Shown here one piece after another: positions 39,447 to 49,218 of a DNA stretch of 64,000 bases (position 1 is the stretch's first letter; each line of letters starts with the position of its first letter). Source of the stretch: an uncultured Candidatus Saccharibacteria bacterium (GTDB taxonomy: Bacteria > Patescibacteriota > Minisyncoccia > Phycocordibacterales > UBA918); contig CAYOAM010000003.1 in the NCBI GenBank assembly GCA_964402035.1, positions 86,480 through 150,479 on the forward strand. The letters run 5' to 3'. The notes below the pieces were generated by a model. It was not told the origin of the DNA. It made no database searches and was given only the letters and a program-made list of their open reading frames with translations. A program made the translations under genes and the position numbers.

Positions 39447-39540
39447 ATGTTTAAATAAGAACTAATAAGTCCACTACACATAAAAACAATAGCATGGGTT
39501 ACCTTGTGTATCCATCGGGTATGGTGCATAACTTCGAACG

Positions 39541-39578
39541 AAAAAGCCCGCGGAGACAAATGTCTCCGCGGGCTTTTT
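39541..39578 (-). terminator. Intrinsic terminator after fusA
   Basis: AAAAAGCCCGCGGAGACA-AA-TGTCTCCGCGGGCTTTTT. Confidence 0.85.
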
Positions 39579-39600
39579 CTACCTTCTCACGCTTCGCTAA

Positions 39601-41748
39601 TTACGCGCGCGCCGCCTTAATCTCTGCTGCTACGTTACCAGGCACAACCTCGTAGTGGTCAAACTCCATAGTCATCGACGCACGCCCTTCAGTCATTGAT
39701 CGGAGAGTGGTCGTATACCCGAACATCTCTGAAAGTGGTACTTTCGCTGTGATGACGCGCACCATATCGCGGTCATCCATACTCTCGATCATTCCACGCT
39801 TACTTGAGATATTTCCCGTAATGTCACCCATGAACTGTTCAGGTGTTGTTACTTCAATCTTCATAATCGGCTCCAGAATCACTGGATCAGCCTTTTCTGC
39901 CGCTTCCTTAAAGGCGTGAATACCCGCAAGACGGAACGCAATTTCACTTGAGTCCACATCGTGATAGCTACCATCGTAGAGCTCAACTGAGACATCTTCC
40001 ATCTTGTATCCCGCAACAAAACCGCGTTCCATTGCCTCCTTAACCCCCTTTTGTACTGCAGGGATAAATTCTCCGGGGATGGCACCTCCCTTGATAGCAT
40101 TAACAAACTCAAAGTGATCTTCGCGGTGTATGTTCTTTTGGAGTTTTGCTCCCTCTTCAAGCGGTTGCATGGGGCGAATACGAATCTTCACGTGACCATA
40201 CTGACCCTTTCCACCTGACTGCTTTACATACTTATGTTCTGCTTCGGCTGCGCGACGGATCGTCTCACGATACGCAACCTGTGGCTTCCCTGTATCTGCC
40301 GTCACTCCAAACTCTCGTTTCATGCGATCAACCAAGATCTCAAGGTGAAGTTCACCCATCCCTGAAATAATGGTTTCCATTGTTTCAGGATCCGTTGACA
40401 CACGGAAGGTTGGATCTTCATCAGAAAGCTTCTTAAGCGCCATACCCATTTTTTCCTGGTCATTCTTGGTCTTTGGTTCAATACGCATCGCAACCACCGG
40501 CTCAGGAAATACAATCTGCTCAAGTACGATTGGTTTGGTTTCGTCACAGAGTGTGTGTGATGTACGCGTATCTTTGAGTCCCACTGCAGCAGCAATCTCT
40601 CCAGCAAACACCTCTTCAATCTCTTCACGTTTATCAGCCTGGAGTCGCACGATACGTCCCAAGCGCTCTCGTGAACCAGTCGTAGAGTTATAAATATAAC
40701 TTCCAGCTTTCACGACACCCGAATAGACACGGAAGAATGTAAGTTGTCCCACAAATGGGTCAGTTTGAAGCTTAAACGCCAACGCACAGAATGGCTCGCT
40801 ATCGAGCGGCTTACGAATCTCTTCGGCTTCAGTGTTTGGATTCGTACCCTTAACCGGCGCAAGCTCTGCTGGAGAAGGAAGGAAATCAACCACAGCATCG
40901 AGGACGAGTTGCACACCCTTGTTCTTGAGCGCAGAACCCGTCATGACGGGGAAAATCATATTTCCAATAACTGCTTTTCGAAGTGTTGCACGAATCTGAT
41001 CGTTTGTTGGTTCGTTTCCTTCGAGGTATGCCGTCATCAACGCATCATCATGCTCGACAATCTTTTCAATCATCTCACCTCGAGCCTTTTCAGCCTCAGC
41101 TTTAAGTTCATCTGGGATATCATACTCAATAACTTGCATACCCATCTCTCCTTCAAACTTGAACGCCTTCATCTTGATAAGGTCAATAACTCCCGCAAAA
41201 TCACCCTCAGCTCCAATCGGAAGCTGAATACGTACAGCCTTCTTTGAAAGACGCTTGAGAATACTCTCGTATGATCGTTCAAATGATGCTCCCGTGCGAT
41301 CCATTTTGTTGATGAAACAGATACGAGGTACTTTCGCCTCATCCGCATAGCGCCAGTTGGTCTCACTCTGCGGCTCCACACCCGCAACTCCATCAAAAAC
41401 GACGATAGCGCCATCGAGTACGCGCATCGAACGCTTTACCTCAGCCGTAAAGTCAATGTGACCAGGAGTATCGATGATGTTGAAGGTAAACTTCTTCGCC
41501 ATATCGTTGCGGTCTGTTTCCTCTGACTTTGTCCAGTTGCAGGAAATAGCCGCCGCCGTAATCGTGATACCACGCTCACGCTCTTGTTCCATCCAGTCAG
41601 TCACAGTCGCGCCATCGTGCACTTCCCCGATTTTGTGGGACATACCCGTATAAAAGAGCACACGCTCAGATGTTGTGGTCTTGCCCGCGTCAATGTGGGC
41701 GATGATGCCGAAGTTACGTACTTTTTCTAGAGGAAATGCTCGAGCCAT
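39601..41748 (-). CDS. fusA: Elongation factor G
   Basis: [33 protein letters not shown]. Confidence 0.98.
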   Translation of the reverse strand: MARAFPLEKVRNFGIIAHIDAGKTTTSERVLFYTGMSHKIGEVHDGATVTDWMEQERERGITITAAAISCNWTKSEETDRNDMAKKFTFNIIDTPGHIDFTAEVKRSMRVLDGAIVVFDGVAGVEPQSETNWRYADEAKVPRICFINKMDRTGASFERSYESILKRLSKKAVRIQLPIGAEGDFAGVIDLIKMKAFKFEGEMGMQVIEYDIPDELKAEAEKARGEMIEKIVEHDDALMTAYLEGNEPTNDQIRATLRKAVIGNMIFPVMTGSALKNKGVQLVLDAVVDFLPSPAELAPVKGTNPNTEAEEIRKPLDSEPFCALAFKLQTDPFVGQLTFFRVYSGVVKAGSYIYNSTTGSRERLGRIVRLQADKREEIEEVFAGEIAAAVGLKDTRTSHTLCDETKPIVLEQIVFPEPVVAMRIEPKTKNDQEKMGMALKKLSDEDPTFRVSTDPETMETIISGMGELHLEILVDRMKREFGVTADTGKPQVAYRETIRRAAEAEHKYVKQSGGKGQYGHVKIRIRPMQPLEEGAKLQKNIHREDHFEFVNAIKGGAIPGEFIPAVQKGVKEAMERGFVAGYKMEDVSVELYDGSYHDVDSSEIAFRLAGIHAFKEAAEKADPVILEPIMKIEVTTPEQFMGDITGNISSKRGMIESMDDRDMVRVITAKVPLSEMFGYTTTLRSMTEGRASMTMEFDHYEVVPGNVAAEIKAARA

Positions 41749-41888
41749 AAACGATAAAAATCAAATAATAAATGAATAAAAGCTAAAAAAATCCTGCGGC
41801 TGTGAGGCAGGATGTTTTTAACCTAACAGTGCGAACACTATATACTAAAGCTGTCTAGGCTGCAACGAAAATAGCCTATAATGATGCT

Positions 41889-42902
41889 ATGCTCCGATAT
41901 AACACATTTCTGATACTCCTAAGCATTCTTCTATTACCCACGACAGGCTTTGCCGAAGAAATCAATGCTGGCTTCGTGCAGGGACTATGGTACTCGGCTC
42001 GCAACGTATTTGTTGATACACCAGTCCGTATATACGTGGCAGTACGCAATAACAGTGAAAAAGATCTCTCAGGAACCGTTGTGTTTTCTGACAATGGGGC
42101 ACGGGTTGGCACCTTGAGCGTGAATGCGCTCCCTGGCCGCATCGTTGAAGCATGGGCTGACTGGAAACCGCTCTATGGGAATCACAAAATTGTTGCGACG
42201 TTTATTGATACGCGAATACTAAACGTCGGCACTACGTCTGAGCGCATCGACGTTGAAAGCACCCTTGCTGAAGATACTATTTTTGTTGACTATGACACCG
42301 ACAACGACGGGTCCGGGAACACGACTGACACGGATGATGACAATGACACCGTATCGGATGAGGATGAGAAGAAACAGCAGAGCGATCCTTTAGTTCCCAA
42401 TCATAAAAAAGAGGTCCTGACAGAAGCGGTGCAAACTCCTACAAACAGCACTTCGACGGAAGAAGAGGCTCCTATAGTACCAGCCGAGCAGACCCAACGC
42501 CTACCCCAAGGACTTGAACGCTATTTTGCCGACAGCGGAAGAATCGACTCCGTTCTGAAACAAACGACGAATAAGATCGAGCAAACAAAGAGCGCAATCG
42601 ACGAATATCGTACCAAGAGGTCTCACTCAAGCGCGAGCACCGGCTCCTCAATCGGGTCAAGCACAATAACAAATACGAGCCAAACAGATGATGGTACTCA
42701 AAAAAGTGGAACGGGAATCTTTGCAATGATGATCGATGGCCTCAGCAGTATTGTGTCAGGCGCCTATACCCTTATCCTCTGGCTACTATCACATCTTTTT
42801 GCAAATCCAATAGTTGTGCAGGTTCTACTACTGTTTCTGATCCCATATGTTTTGGTTAAAATAGCACGAAGAATGTCGCGTCGCCCTGATGGGTTTACAT
42901 AA
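41889..42902 (+). CDS. Secreted protein with Ig/CARDB-like domain, Asp-rich Ca-binding-type repeat and C-terminal TM
   Basis: Signal peptide, DTDNDGSGNTTDTDDDNDTVSDEDE, C-terminal hydrophobic helices. Confidence 0.7.
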   Translation: MLRYNTFLILLSILLLPTTGFAEEINAGFVQGLWYSARNVFVDTPVRIYVAVRNNSEKDLSGTVVFSDNGARVGTLSVNALPGRIVEAWADWKPLYGNHKIVATFIDTRILNVGTTSERIDVESTLAEDTIFVDYDTDNDGSGNTTDTDDDNDTVSDEDEKKQQSDPLVPNHKKEVLTEAVQTPTNSTSTEEEAPIVPAEQTQRLPQGLERYFADSGRIDSVLKQTTNKIEQTKSAIDEYRTKRSHSSASTGSSIGSSTITNTSQTDDGTQKSGTGIFAMMIDGLSSIVSGAYTLILWLLSHLFANPIVVQVLLLFLIPYVLVKIARRMSRRPDGFT

Positions 42903-42904
42903 AA

Positions 42905-42936
42905 AACCACTATCATGTACGTACATGATAGTGGTT
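42905..42936. terminator. Perfect 32-bp palindrome between convergent genes
   Basis: AACCACTATCATGTAC|GTACATGATAGTGGTT. Confidence 0.8.
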
Positions 42937-42956
42937 CACGTTTTTAGAGCTACACG

Positions 42957-43382
42957 CTACGACTGTATAAAAATTACAGCTTCTAGGTGTGTATTTCCGC
43001 CCTTAAGGCTCTGAACTACAAGGCGAAGTCGAGTAAATCCCTCTGCCGATTTCTCAGGCAACTCTTCAAACTTCACTTTTACGACACCGCGACTACACCA
43101 CACAGGTCTGCGGATCCGCGAACTCTCAATACCGCAAAAGAGCTTCCCTGGATACAACGCGCACACAGGACCAGCTGCTGCGGTGTTGAGAATCAATGCT
43201 CCCGGCACTATGGCTCTTTGGTTTATTTCTATGTCATGGAGCTCATAGTTTGTGTCACCAACATTGAGCATGTGATGTCGAATTTGCTCTCTAGAGAACT
43301 CCAAAATGATCGCCTGTGGCTCTTCAGGAATCTTCCTGATAGTCGCATGCCAATCTTCTCGTCCCGCAGAAATAGTATCCAC
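42957..43382 (-). CDS. Hypothetical protein
   Basis: GGAGG SD before GTG; no recognisable motif. Confidence 0.55.
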   Translation of the reverse strand: MDTISAGREDWHATIRKIPEEPQAIILEFSREQIRHHMLNVGDTNYELHDIEINQRAIVPGALILNTAAAGPVCALYPGKLFCGIESSRIRRPVWCSRGVVKVKFEELPEKSAEGFTRLRLVVQSLKGGNTHLEAVIFIQS

Positions 43383-43490
43383 AATATCCTCCCTATGCGT
43401 TCGTACATGAATGACAAATTCATTCCATAGCGCATTAAATACTCTTATCTTGGAGAAGTCAAAAAAGCCAACCTTTCGGTTGGCATAATA

Positions 43491-44048
43491 TTATTTCGAG
43501 ATAGCTAGGACGCCACCCGAGTAGGTCATTGTTCCTCTAGGAACCCATTTATTACTCTCCTCACCGCCACCGACGTTTTTGTATAGATTGGCAGTACCAG
43601 AAAACAGATAGAATGGGAAGCCCTGAAGAGGAGCTACGTGGCTATACTCACCATCTTTGTCACTACCACCAAATACCCCTTCAAACCTCCCCGCTTTGCT
43701 GGCACACACAAGTGCATGCCAAAGAAAACTATTTACATCCTCACTCAGAGGATAGGTATGCTGGTACGCACACTGCCACAATCTCTGTTGTGGCAAGTCA
43801 CCCCTCTTTACAAGATAGATGCTCACAAAGCCTCCGCCCTGGTAACACTTCCACCGTAGGCGCAACCGCCGATTACCTGTCTTTGAATATGAATCATGCA
43901 CACTTTCATTTCGTGTGATGAACGATAGTCGAACGCCGTTGCCCCCAAGGGATTTCTGCACATCATCAATCTGCTTTATTGACTGACAGAAGAATGCTTC
44001 CATTTCCTCCGCAGTGGGAACCTTGCTCATTGTCCCAGGATCAAACAT
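43491..44048 (-). CDS. Hypothetical protein
   Basis: GGAG SD before ATG 44048; no recognisable motif. Confidence 0.55.
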   Translation of the reverse strand: MFDPGTMSKVPTAEEMEAFFCQSIKQIDDVQKSLGGNGVRLSFITRNESVHDSYSKTGNRRLRLRWKCYQGGGFVSIYLVKRGDLPQQRLWQCAYQHTYPLSEDVNSFLWHALVCASKAGRFEGVFGGSDKDGEYSHVAPLQGFPFYLFSGTANLYKNVGGGEESNKWVPRGTMTYSGGVLAISK

Positions 44049-44097
44049 GACATATACTCCTTTTTCCAAACCCACTGCACACTACCTTATTTCACCC

Positions 44098-44137
44098 AAA
44101 ACAGCAAAAGCTCCCTTACGGGAGCTTTTGCTGTTTT
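44098..44137 (-). terminator. Terminator after rpsG
   Basis: AAAACAGCAAAAGCTCCC-TTAC-GGGAGCTTTTGCTGTTTT. Confidence 0.85.
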
Positions 44138-44149
44138 ATTTTTTTACTT

Positions 44150-44623
44150 CTACCAGGCAAAGTGCGCGAATGCGCGGTTCGCTTCGGCCATGCGGTGCGT
44201 ATCTTCCTTCTTCTTGACCGCTACCCCCTCTTCCTTTGCAGCTGACATAAGTTCTGCGGCGAGTGCTTCTGCCATTGGCTTTCCCTTGTGACCGCGAGCT
44301 GCAGCGATAATCCATCGGAGCGCAAGAGCAGTGCGGCGTTCTGGACGAACCTCTCGAGGAACCTGGTAGTTGGCACCTCCCACACGTCGTGAGCGGACTT
44401 CCATTTGCGGACCTGCGTTACGAATTGCCGTTTCCAAAATTTCAACCGGTGCTCCACCTCCCTCTTTTGCATCCTTGATAATCGCAAATGCGCTATGGAC
44501 GATAATGCGGGCAGTCGCCTTTTGTCCACGCTGCATGACATAGTTGATAAGGCGCGCAACATACACCGAGTTAAAAGTCTCGTCTGCCTTCAAGGCTGGT
44601 CGTCGTTTAATAGGTCGTCGCAT
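44150..44623 (-). CDS. rpsG: 30S ribosomal protein S7
   Basis: EVRSRRVGGANYQVP, HRMAEANRAFAHF. Confidence 0.97.
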   Translation of the reverse strand: MRRPIKRRPALKADETFNSVYVARLINYVMQRGQKATARIIVHSAFAIIKDAKEGGGAPVEILETAIRNAGPQMEVRSRRVGGANYQVPREVRPERRTALALRWIIAAARGHKGKPMAEALAAELMSAAKEEGVAVKKKEDTHRMAEANRAFAHFAW

Positions 44624-44649
44624 AAATAAATTGTATTGAAATTAGTGGT

Positions 44650-45057
44650 CTACTTTGGCTTCTTTGCTCCATAACGTGAACGGCCCATCATACGCTTTGC
44701 AACAGCAGTAGCATCATATTTTCCACGTACAATCGTGTACTGCACACCAATGTCCTTCACGCGACCTCCGCGAACAAGAACCACTGAGTGCTCCTGGAGC
44801 GTATGGCCGATACCAGGGATATAGGCGGTGATTTCCTGATGGTTGGTGAGACGAACGCGGGCAATCTTTCGAATAGCCGAGTTTGGCTTTCGAGGAGTCT
44901 TTGTCGTCACACGCGTACACACCCCTCGCTTGAATGGAGAATTGAAATAATTTGGCTGGTTTTTGAGGGTATTGAAACCGGTACTCAAAGCACCCGTCTT
45001 GCTTTTGCGGACGGAATTTTTACGCTTTTTGCGTGTGAGTTGATTGATGGTTGACAT
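44650..45057 (-). CDS. rpsL: 30S ribosomal protein S12
   Basis: [31 protein letters not shown]. Confidence 0.97.
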   Translation of the reverse strand: MSTINQLTRKKRKNSVRKSKTGALSTGFNTLKNQPNYFNSPFKRGVCTRVTTKTPRKPNSAIRKIARVRLTNHQEITAYIPGIGHTLQEHSVVLVRGGRVKDIGVQYTIVRGKYDATAVAKRMMGRSRYGAKKPK

Positions 45058-45354
45058 TGTGAGTATGCGGCAAAATAAAAGGCCGTTGATACGGTGCGTG
45101 TACTGTACTATCTCCCTCTACTATTTGCAAGTACGACGACATTCTTCCCCTAACGGGGAGGGGTTAAAAACACAGAAGATCTCCGAAGAGATCTTTTTTT
45201 GCTATCATATAGATAGCGAGCGAAACGTCCATTGCAATCAATGGACCTGAAACTCATCTCGGTATAAAAATGACCGAGCACACGTGCTTTCCAAAAAGGA
45301 GAGCAAACAATCTATCCGTGATTATAACCTACTTTGTACCCGAAAACAACCACG

Positions 45355-45978
45355 CTATAACCCCGTCAACAAGCCATGAAAAGAAGCAACCAAGCCATAA
45401 AATGGGGCCCCGAAGTAGATTATGAACATGAAAAGAAAGATCATTCCAAAAATGCCGAGCTGCTCCCCAAACTGCTGATAGCGAACTTGGATATGTGCTG
45501 GCAAAAACGGTGCAATAACTTTTGATCCATCAGCGGGCGGAATCGGTATAAGGTTAAAAAAGGCGAGAAGAATATTGATATGGACTATTGCTGAAGCTAT
45601 TTCAATAAAAGGGGCTGCGAGGTCCATGCTGACGGCAAAACGCACACAGAGTGCAAAAACAAAGGCGATGATGAGATTGACTCCTGGACCCGCAAAACCG
45701 ACGAGTGCCTCACCCCACTTCTGATTTCGCAAGTTGTAGGGGTTATAGGGAACCGGCTTTGCATATCCAAAGAGCAGTGGCGATTGCGAAATGACCAAAA
45801 GGAGTGGGAGAATCACTGATCCTACAAGGTCAATATGAGAGATAGGATTGAGGGTCAATCGCCCGGCCAGGCGGGCGGTGGGGTCCCCAAGAAAATTTGC
45901 CATAAAACCATGCGCGACCTCGTGGATCACGATCGACATGATAAGTGCGGCTACAAGAAGAATAGTGCTCGGCTCCAT
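45355..45978 (-). CDS. Site-2 protease family (M50) protein
   Basis: HEVAH, AGPGVN, FNLIPIPPADG. Confidence 0.92.
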   Translation of the reverse strand: MEPSTILLVAALIMSIVIHEVAHGFMANFLGDPTARLAGRLTLNPISHIDLVGSVILPLLLVISQSPLLFGYAKPVPYNPYNLRNQKWGEALVGFAGPGVNLIIAFVFALCVRFAVSMDLAAPFIEIASAIVHINILLAFFNLIPIPPADGSKVIAPFLPAHIQVRYQQFGEQLGIFGMIFLFMFIIYFGAPFYGLVASFHGLLTGL

Positions 45979-46033
45979 ACTTGAAAAATATTGAATCTAT
46001 GATAGCATAGCGCGATACTAAACAGAAAAAACT

Positions 46034-46276
46034 ATGTCACGCATCTGCCAAATAACCGGAAAGAAATCCCAAATGGGAGGACGATACAGCAACCGCACTC
46101 GTGCGACACAGTTTAATCCGTGCGGAAAAGTTCGCCGAAGCCCAAATCTCCAGAAGAAGAAAATCTATGTGCCTGAACTTGGCAAGAGTGTATCAGTTTC
46201 TATTTCAACAAACGCAATCCGTACGATTGCAAAAAATGGTGCTTTTGCGACACTCAAAGCTGCTGGATTGATCTAA
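46034..46276 (+). CDS. rpmB: 50S ribosomal protein L28
   Basis: MSRICQITGK, RR.PNLQ, IRTI.KNG. Confidence 0.9.
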   Translation: MSRICQITGKKSQMGGRYSNRTRATQFNPCGKVRRSPNLQKKKIYVPELGKSVSVSISTNAIRTIAKNGAFATLKAAGLI

Positions 46277-46287
46277 GACATTCGAAG

Positions 46288-46325
46288 AAAAAGCGCCGAG
46301 TACCAATGGGTACTCGGCGCTTTTT
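46288..46325. terminator. Bidirectional terminator (repeat family member)
   Basis: AAAAAGCGCCGAGTACC-AATG-GGTACTCGGCGCTTTTT. Confidence 0.85.
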
Positions 46326-46328
46326 CTG

Positions 46329-47204
46329 TTACCTCACTCGCGTAAGCGTCACGCCATCGCTCTCAAAAGCAATAGACCCTTCTTCTGCAGTATTCAAGAA
46401 CGGAATATTTCTCTCTTTCAAAAGATCAGTGACCTCTTTATGCGGGTGACCATACCGATTGTCTTTGCCCGCAGAGACAATTGCGTACTCTGGATGCACC
46501 GCATCGAGGAACACAGCACTCGAGGAAGTCCGTGATCCGTGATGTCCGAGCTTCAGTACGTCACTTTTAAGTACAGAAGGATCAAGAGATACTAAATACT
46601 CTTCAATATTTGTTGGTGAATCACCGGTTAGTAGAAATTCTGTTTCTCCATAGGTGAGCCGCGCCACGATCGATGAGGTATTGCTATCGAGCATAGTGGG
46701 ATCATGGTTAGGAAATAGTACCGTGAGCAATGTCCCGCCGCCGAGATCAAATGCCATACCCCTGCGCGCATTGATAATCTCGGATCCTTCGGTCACTTGA
46801 AAATTATCGACAGCGTCCGCAACAAAACTTTCTCCTTGATTTTCCGTACGGACAAACGTACCGACTTCATATCGTCGAAATACTTCGCTCATACCTCCCG
46901 CATGATCAGCATCTTCATGCGTCATCACGACCATATCGATTGTTCGATCCCAAAAGCCAAGTTCGCGAGAAAGTCTGCGTACTACGCGGCGACCAGGTCC
47001 CGCATCTACTAACACTTGCGCACCAGTGGGTGATTCTATAAAAATAGCGTCGCCTTGCCCAATGTCGAAGAATACGACACGAAGTTTTTCGGAAGCGGGT
47101 GCGCGATAAAAAGAGAGCGTCAGCGTAAAAATAGCGACAAGAGCGACTGTAAAAAGAATTGCGAGGCGAGCACGTTGTGTCAACCGTGCAACCGAATCAA
47201 ACAT
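46329..47204 (-). CDS. ComEC-like metallo-beta-lactamase fold protein (stand-alone)
   Basis: FDIGQGDA, THEDADHAGG, LTGD, GHHGS, NRYGHP. Confidence 0.9.
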   Translation of the reverse strand: MFDSVARLTQRARLAILFTVALVAIFTLTLSFYRAPASEKLRVVFFDIGQGDAIFIESPTGAQVLVDAGPGRRVVRRLSRELGFWDRTIDMVVMTHEDADHAGGMSEVFRRYEVGTFVRTENQGESFVADAVDNFQVTEGSEIINARRGMAFDLGGGTLLTVLFPNHDPTMLDSNTSSIVARLTYGETEFLLTGDSPTNIEEYLVSLDPSVLKSDVLKLGHHGSRTSSSAVFLDAVHPEYAIVSAGKDNRYGHPHKEVTDLLKERNIPFLNTAEEGSIAFESDGVTLTRVR

Positions 47205-47207
47205 ACT

Positions 47208-47420
47208 TTACCAGCAACCTTGAGCAAATTGAGCAAAACGATCCCCGTAACTTAAAATCTGTTCACCTTCCACATCTTTTTTAAACTTGTCGCAGCGAGT
47301 GTCGGTATTTGCATCACTGATCGTACCACCAAAATTCAGATTGGGATGCGAGGACTCATACATAAGAAAACCCCACACGACGAGCCCAATAAGGATGAGG
47401 TATCTGAGTGCCTTATTCAT
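47208..47420 (-). CDS. Small hypothetical protein with N-terminal TM
   Basis: MNKALRYLILIGLVVWGFLMY..., two Cys. Confidence 0.55.
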   Translation of the reverse strand: MNKALRYLILIGLVVWGFLMYESSHPNLNFGGTISDANTDTRCDKFKKDVEGEQILSYGDRFAQFAQGCW

Positions 47421-47524
47421 ATATATGTATGATACGCCCCAACTACAAATACGCAATGCGCATGATCTATTATAAAAAAGAGGCGCATTCGTATGAGTGC
47501 GCCTGTTGATATAGTGACCATAAG

Positions 47525-48352
47525 TCAGGTGAGCTTCCGCGATGCTCTTGGTGATGCTAGACCAAGAGCAATGCAGAGCGCGATAAACCATTTACCCGGA
47601 TCAAAATCGAAGCGACCATGTCCAAGTTTCCAGCTTGTGTCATCGACGTGGTGATTAGCATGATAGGACTCACCAACAGTGAGGAGTCCCAGCATGGGAA
47701 TGTTCCTTGATGATCCACAACCATGCACTTCTTGCCCAAAAACATGACACACAGAGTTTACCACCCAGGTGAAATGATATTGAAATACAAGGCGCGCAGC
47801 AACAGCAACTAAGAAACCTCCGGCCCAGTCATGGAAAAAGAATCCACAAAAGACAACAGGGATAATAAGACCCATGAGTATCGAAAGTGGCCAGTGATAC
47901 TGATACTGCCACCTGAGATACCCGCGCTCATCTTTCCCAGATCGCATGTAGCGCACATCAGCAGGCGCAATTCCTTCTTTGGTACACATCCACCCCATGT
48001 GTGCCCAGAAAAAACCAAACAACGGACTATGCGGATCTGCCACGGTGTCTGTTGCTGCATGGTGTGCAACGTGCTTCCCCTTCCACCACTGCATTGGACC
48101 TTGCCCAACCGCCGAAAAAAAGAGGAGGAGAAAGTACTGAAGTGCTGGACTCGCTTTGTACGACACGTGCGAGTACAGACGATGCGCGCCGCATGAGATC
48201 GAAAGATGACAGAGAAAATAGAAGACGATCGCAAACACGATCGTTCCAGTTTCCGCTCCAACGATTGCATACACCGTCCCGATGATCCCAAGTATGTGCA
48301 CAAGCACAAACCAAGAGACCCAGCCGTAGTGTAGTTCGCGTGACGTACGCAT
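47525..48352 (-). CDS. Membrane fatty-acid (acyl-CoA, delta-9-like) desaturase
   Basis: His boxes HRLYSH, HVAHH, HANHH; DPHSP and VNSVCH motifs; AGGAGG SD. Confidence 0.9.
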   Translation of the reverse strand: MRTSRELHYGWVSWFVLVHILGIIGTVYAIVGAETGTIVFAIVFYFLCHLSISCGAHRLYSHVSYKASPALQYFLLLFFSAVGQGPMQWWKGKHVAHHAATDTVADPHSPLFGFFWAHMGWMCTKEGIAPADVRYMRSGKDERGYLRWQYQYHWPLSILMGLIIPVVFCGFFFHDWAGGFLVAVAARLVFQYHFTWVVNSVCHVFGQEVHGCGSSRNIPMLGLLTVGESYHANHHVDDTSWKLGHGRFDFDPGKWFIALCIALGLASPRASRKLT

Positions 48353-48475
48353 TGCATGGCCTCCTGTGCCAATGATTAAGAACGTCTCTCGCCATCATGA
48401 CATCACCTGCGATATTTGCAAGAGAAAGCAAAATGCTATACTGCACGCACACACTACTAATACACATATATATAT

Positions 48476-49066
48476 ATGCACACCTACGAAAAAAAAATAT
48501 TCGCACTACCAACCATGGAAGGAATTTCTGAGCGTCAAGTTGCGGCACATCTTGGTCTTTACGAAGGATATGTAAAACACGTCAATGTACTGCGCGAAGC
48601 GATCGCACACCTAGAAACCGATAAAGAAAAAAATGCGTACGCCATCATGGAAGTACGTCGTCGTCTTGGTTTTGAATTCAATGGCATGCGCATGCATGAA
48701 TTGTATTTCTCACAATTTGAAGGCGGGCCGGTAGCACACACAACGGGTAGTGTTTTTGAAAAAGCTGTATCAGAAAAATATGGATCATGGGACGGCTTCA
48801 TTGAGCATGTCACTGCCGTCGCACTTTCTCGCGGCATCGGCTGGTCTGTCCTCTACCATGATCCTGTGGGAAATACACCACACACTGCATGGGTCAGCGA
48901 TCATGAGGTGGGGCAACTCGGCAGTCTCCCCATCATCCTTGCGCTTGATATGTGGGAACACGCATTTATGGTTGACTACCTTCCAAGTGAAAAGAAAAAA
49001 TATGTTGAGGCTTTTTTCAAAAACCTCAACTGGAGTGTGATTGAAAAGAGATTTGAATCCATATAA
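48476..49066 (+). CDS. Fe/Mn superoxide dismutase family protein
   Basis: HLGLYEGYV, HELYF, LDMWEHAF. Confidence 0.9.
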   Translation: MHTYEKKIFALPTMEGISERQVAAHLGLYEGYVKHVNVLREAIAHLETDKEKNAYAIMEVRRRLGFEFNGMRMHELYFSQFEGGPVAHTTGSVFEKAVSEKYGSWDGFIEHVTAVALSRGIGWSVLYHDPVGNTPHTAWVSDHEVGQLGSLPIILALDMWEHAFMVDYLPSEKKKYVEAFFKNLNWSVIEKRFESI

Positions 49067-49218
49067 AAAGATGACGCCGCGCATTGCGCGGCGTTTTAGT
49101 TTCCGAGATTCCAGCGTCCAGGTTCTGCATCTGCATCTGCCATGCAAGAAGTAACTGCACGTAAAGTTTCTCGTTTATCTTGTTTCTTTTTGCACCCGAA
49201 TCATCCTACATTAGTTTG

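Noticed and set aside
45215-45270. Hammerhead ribozyme (GAAAC, GTC and CTGA motifs)
   Set aside because: The CUGAUGA core and stem III are not properly formed on either strand.
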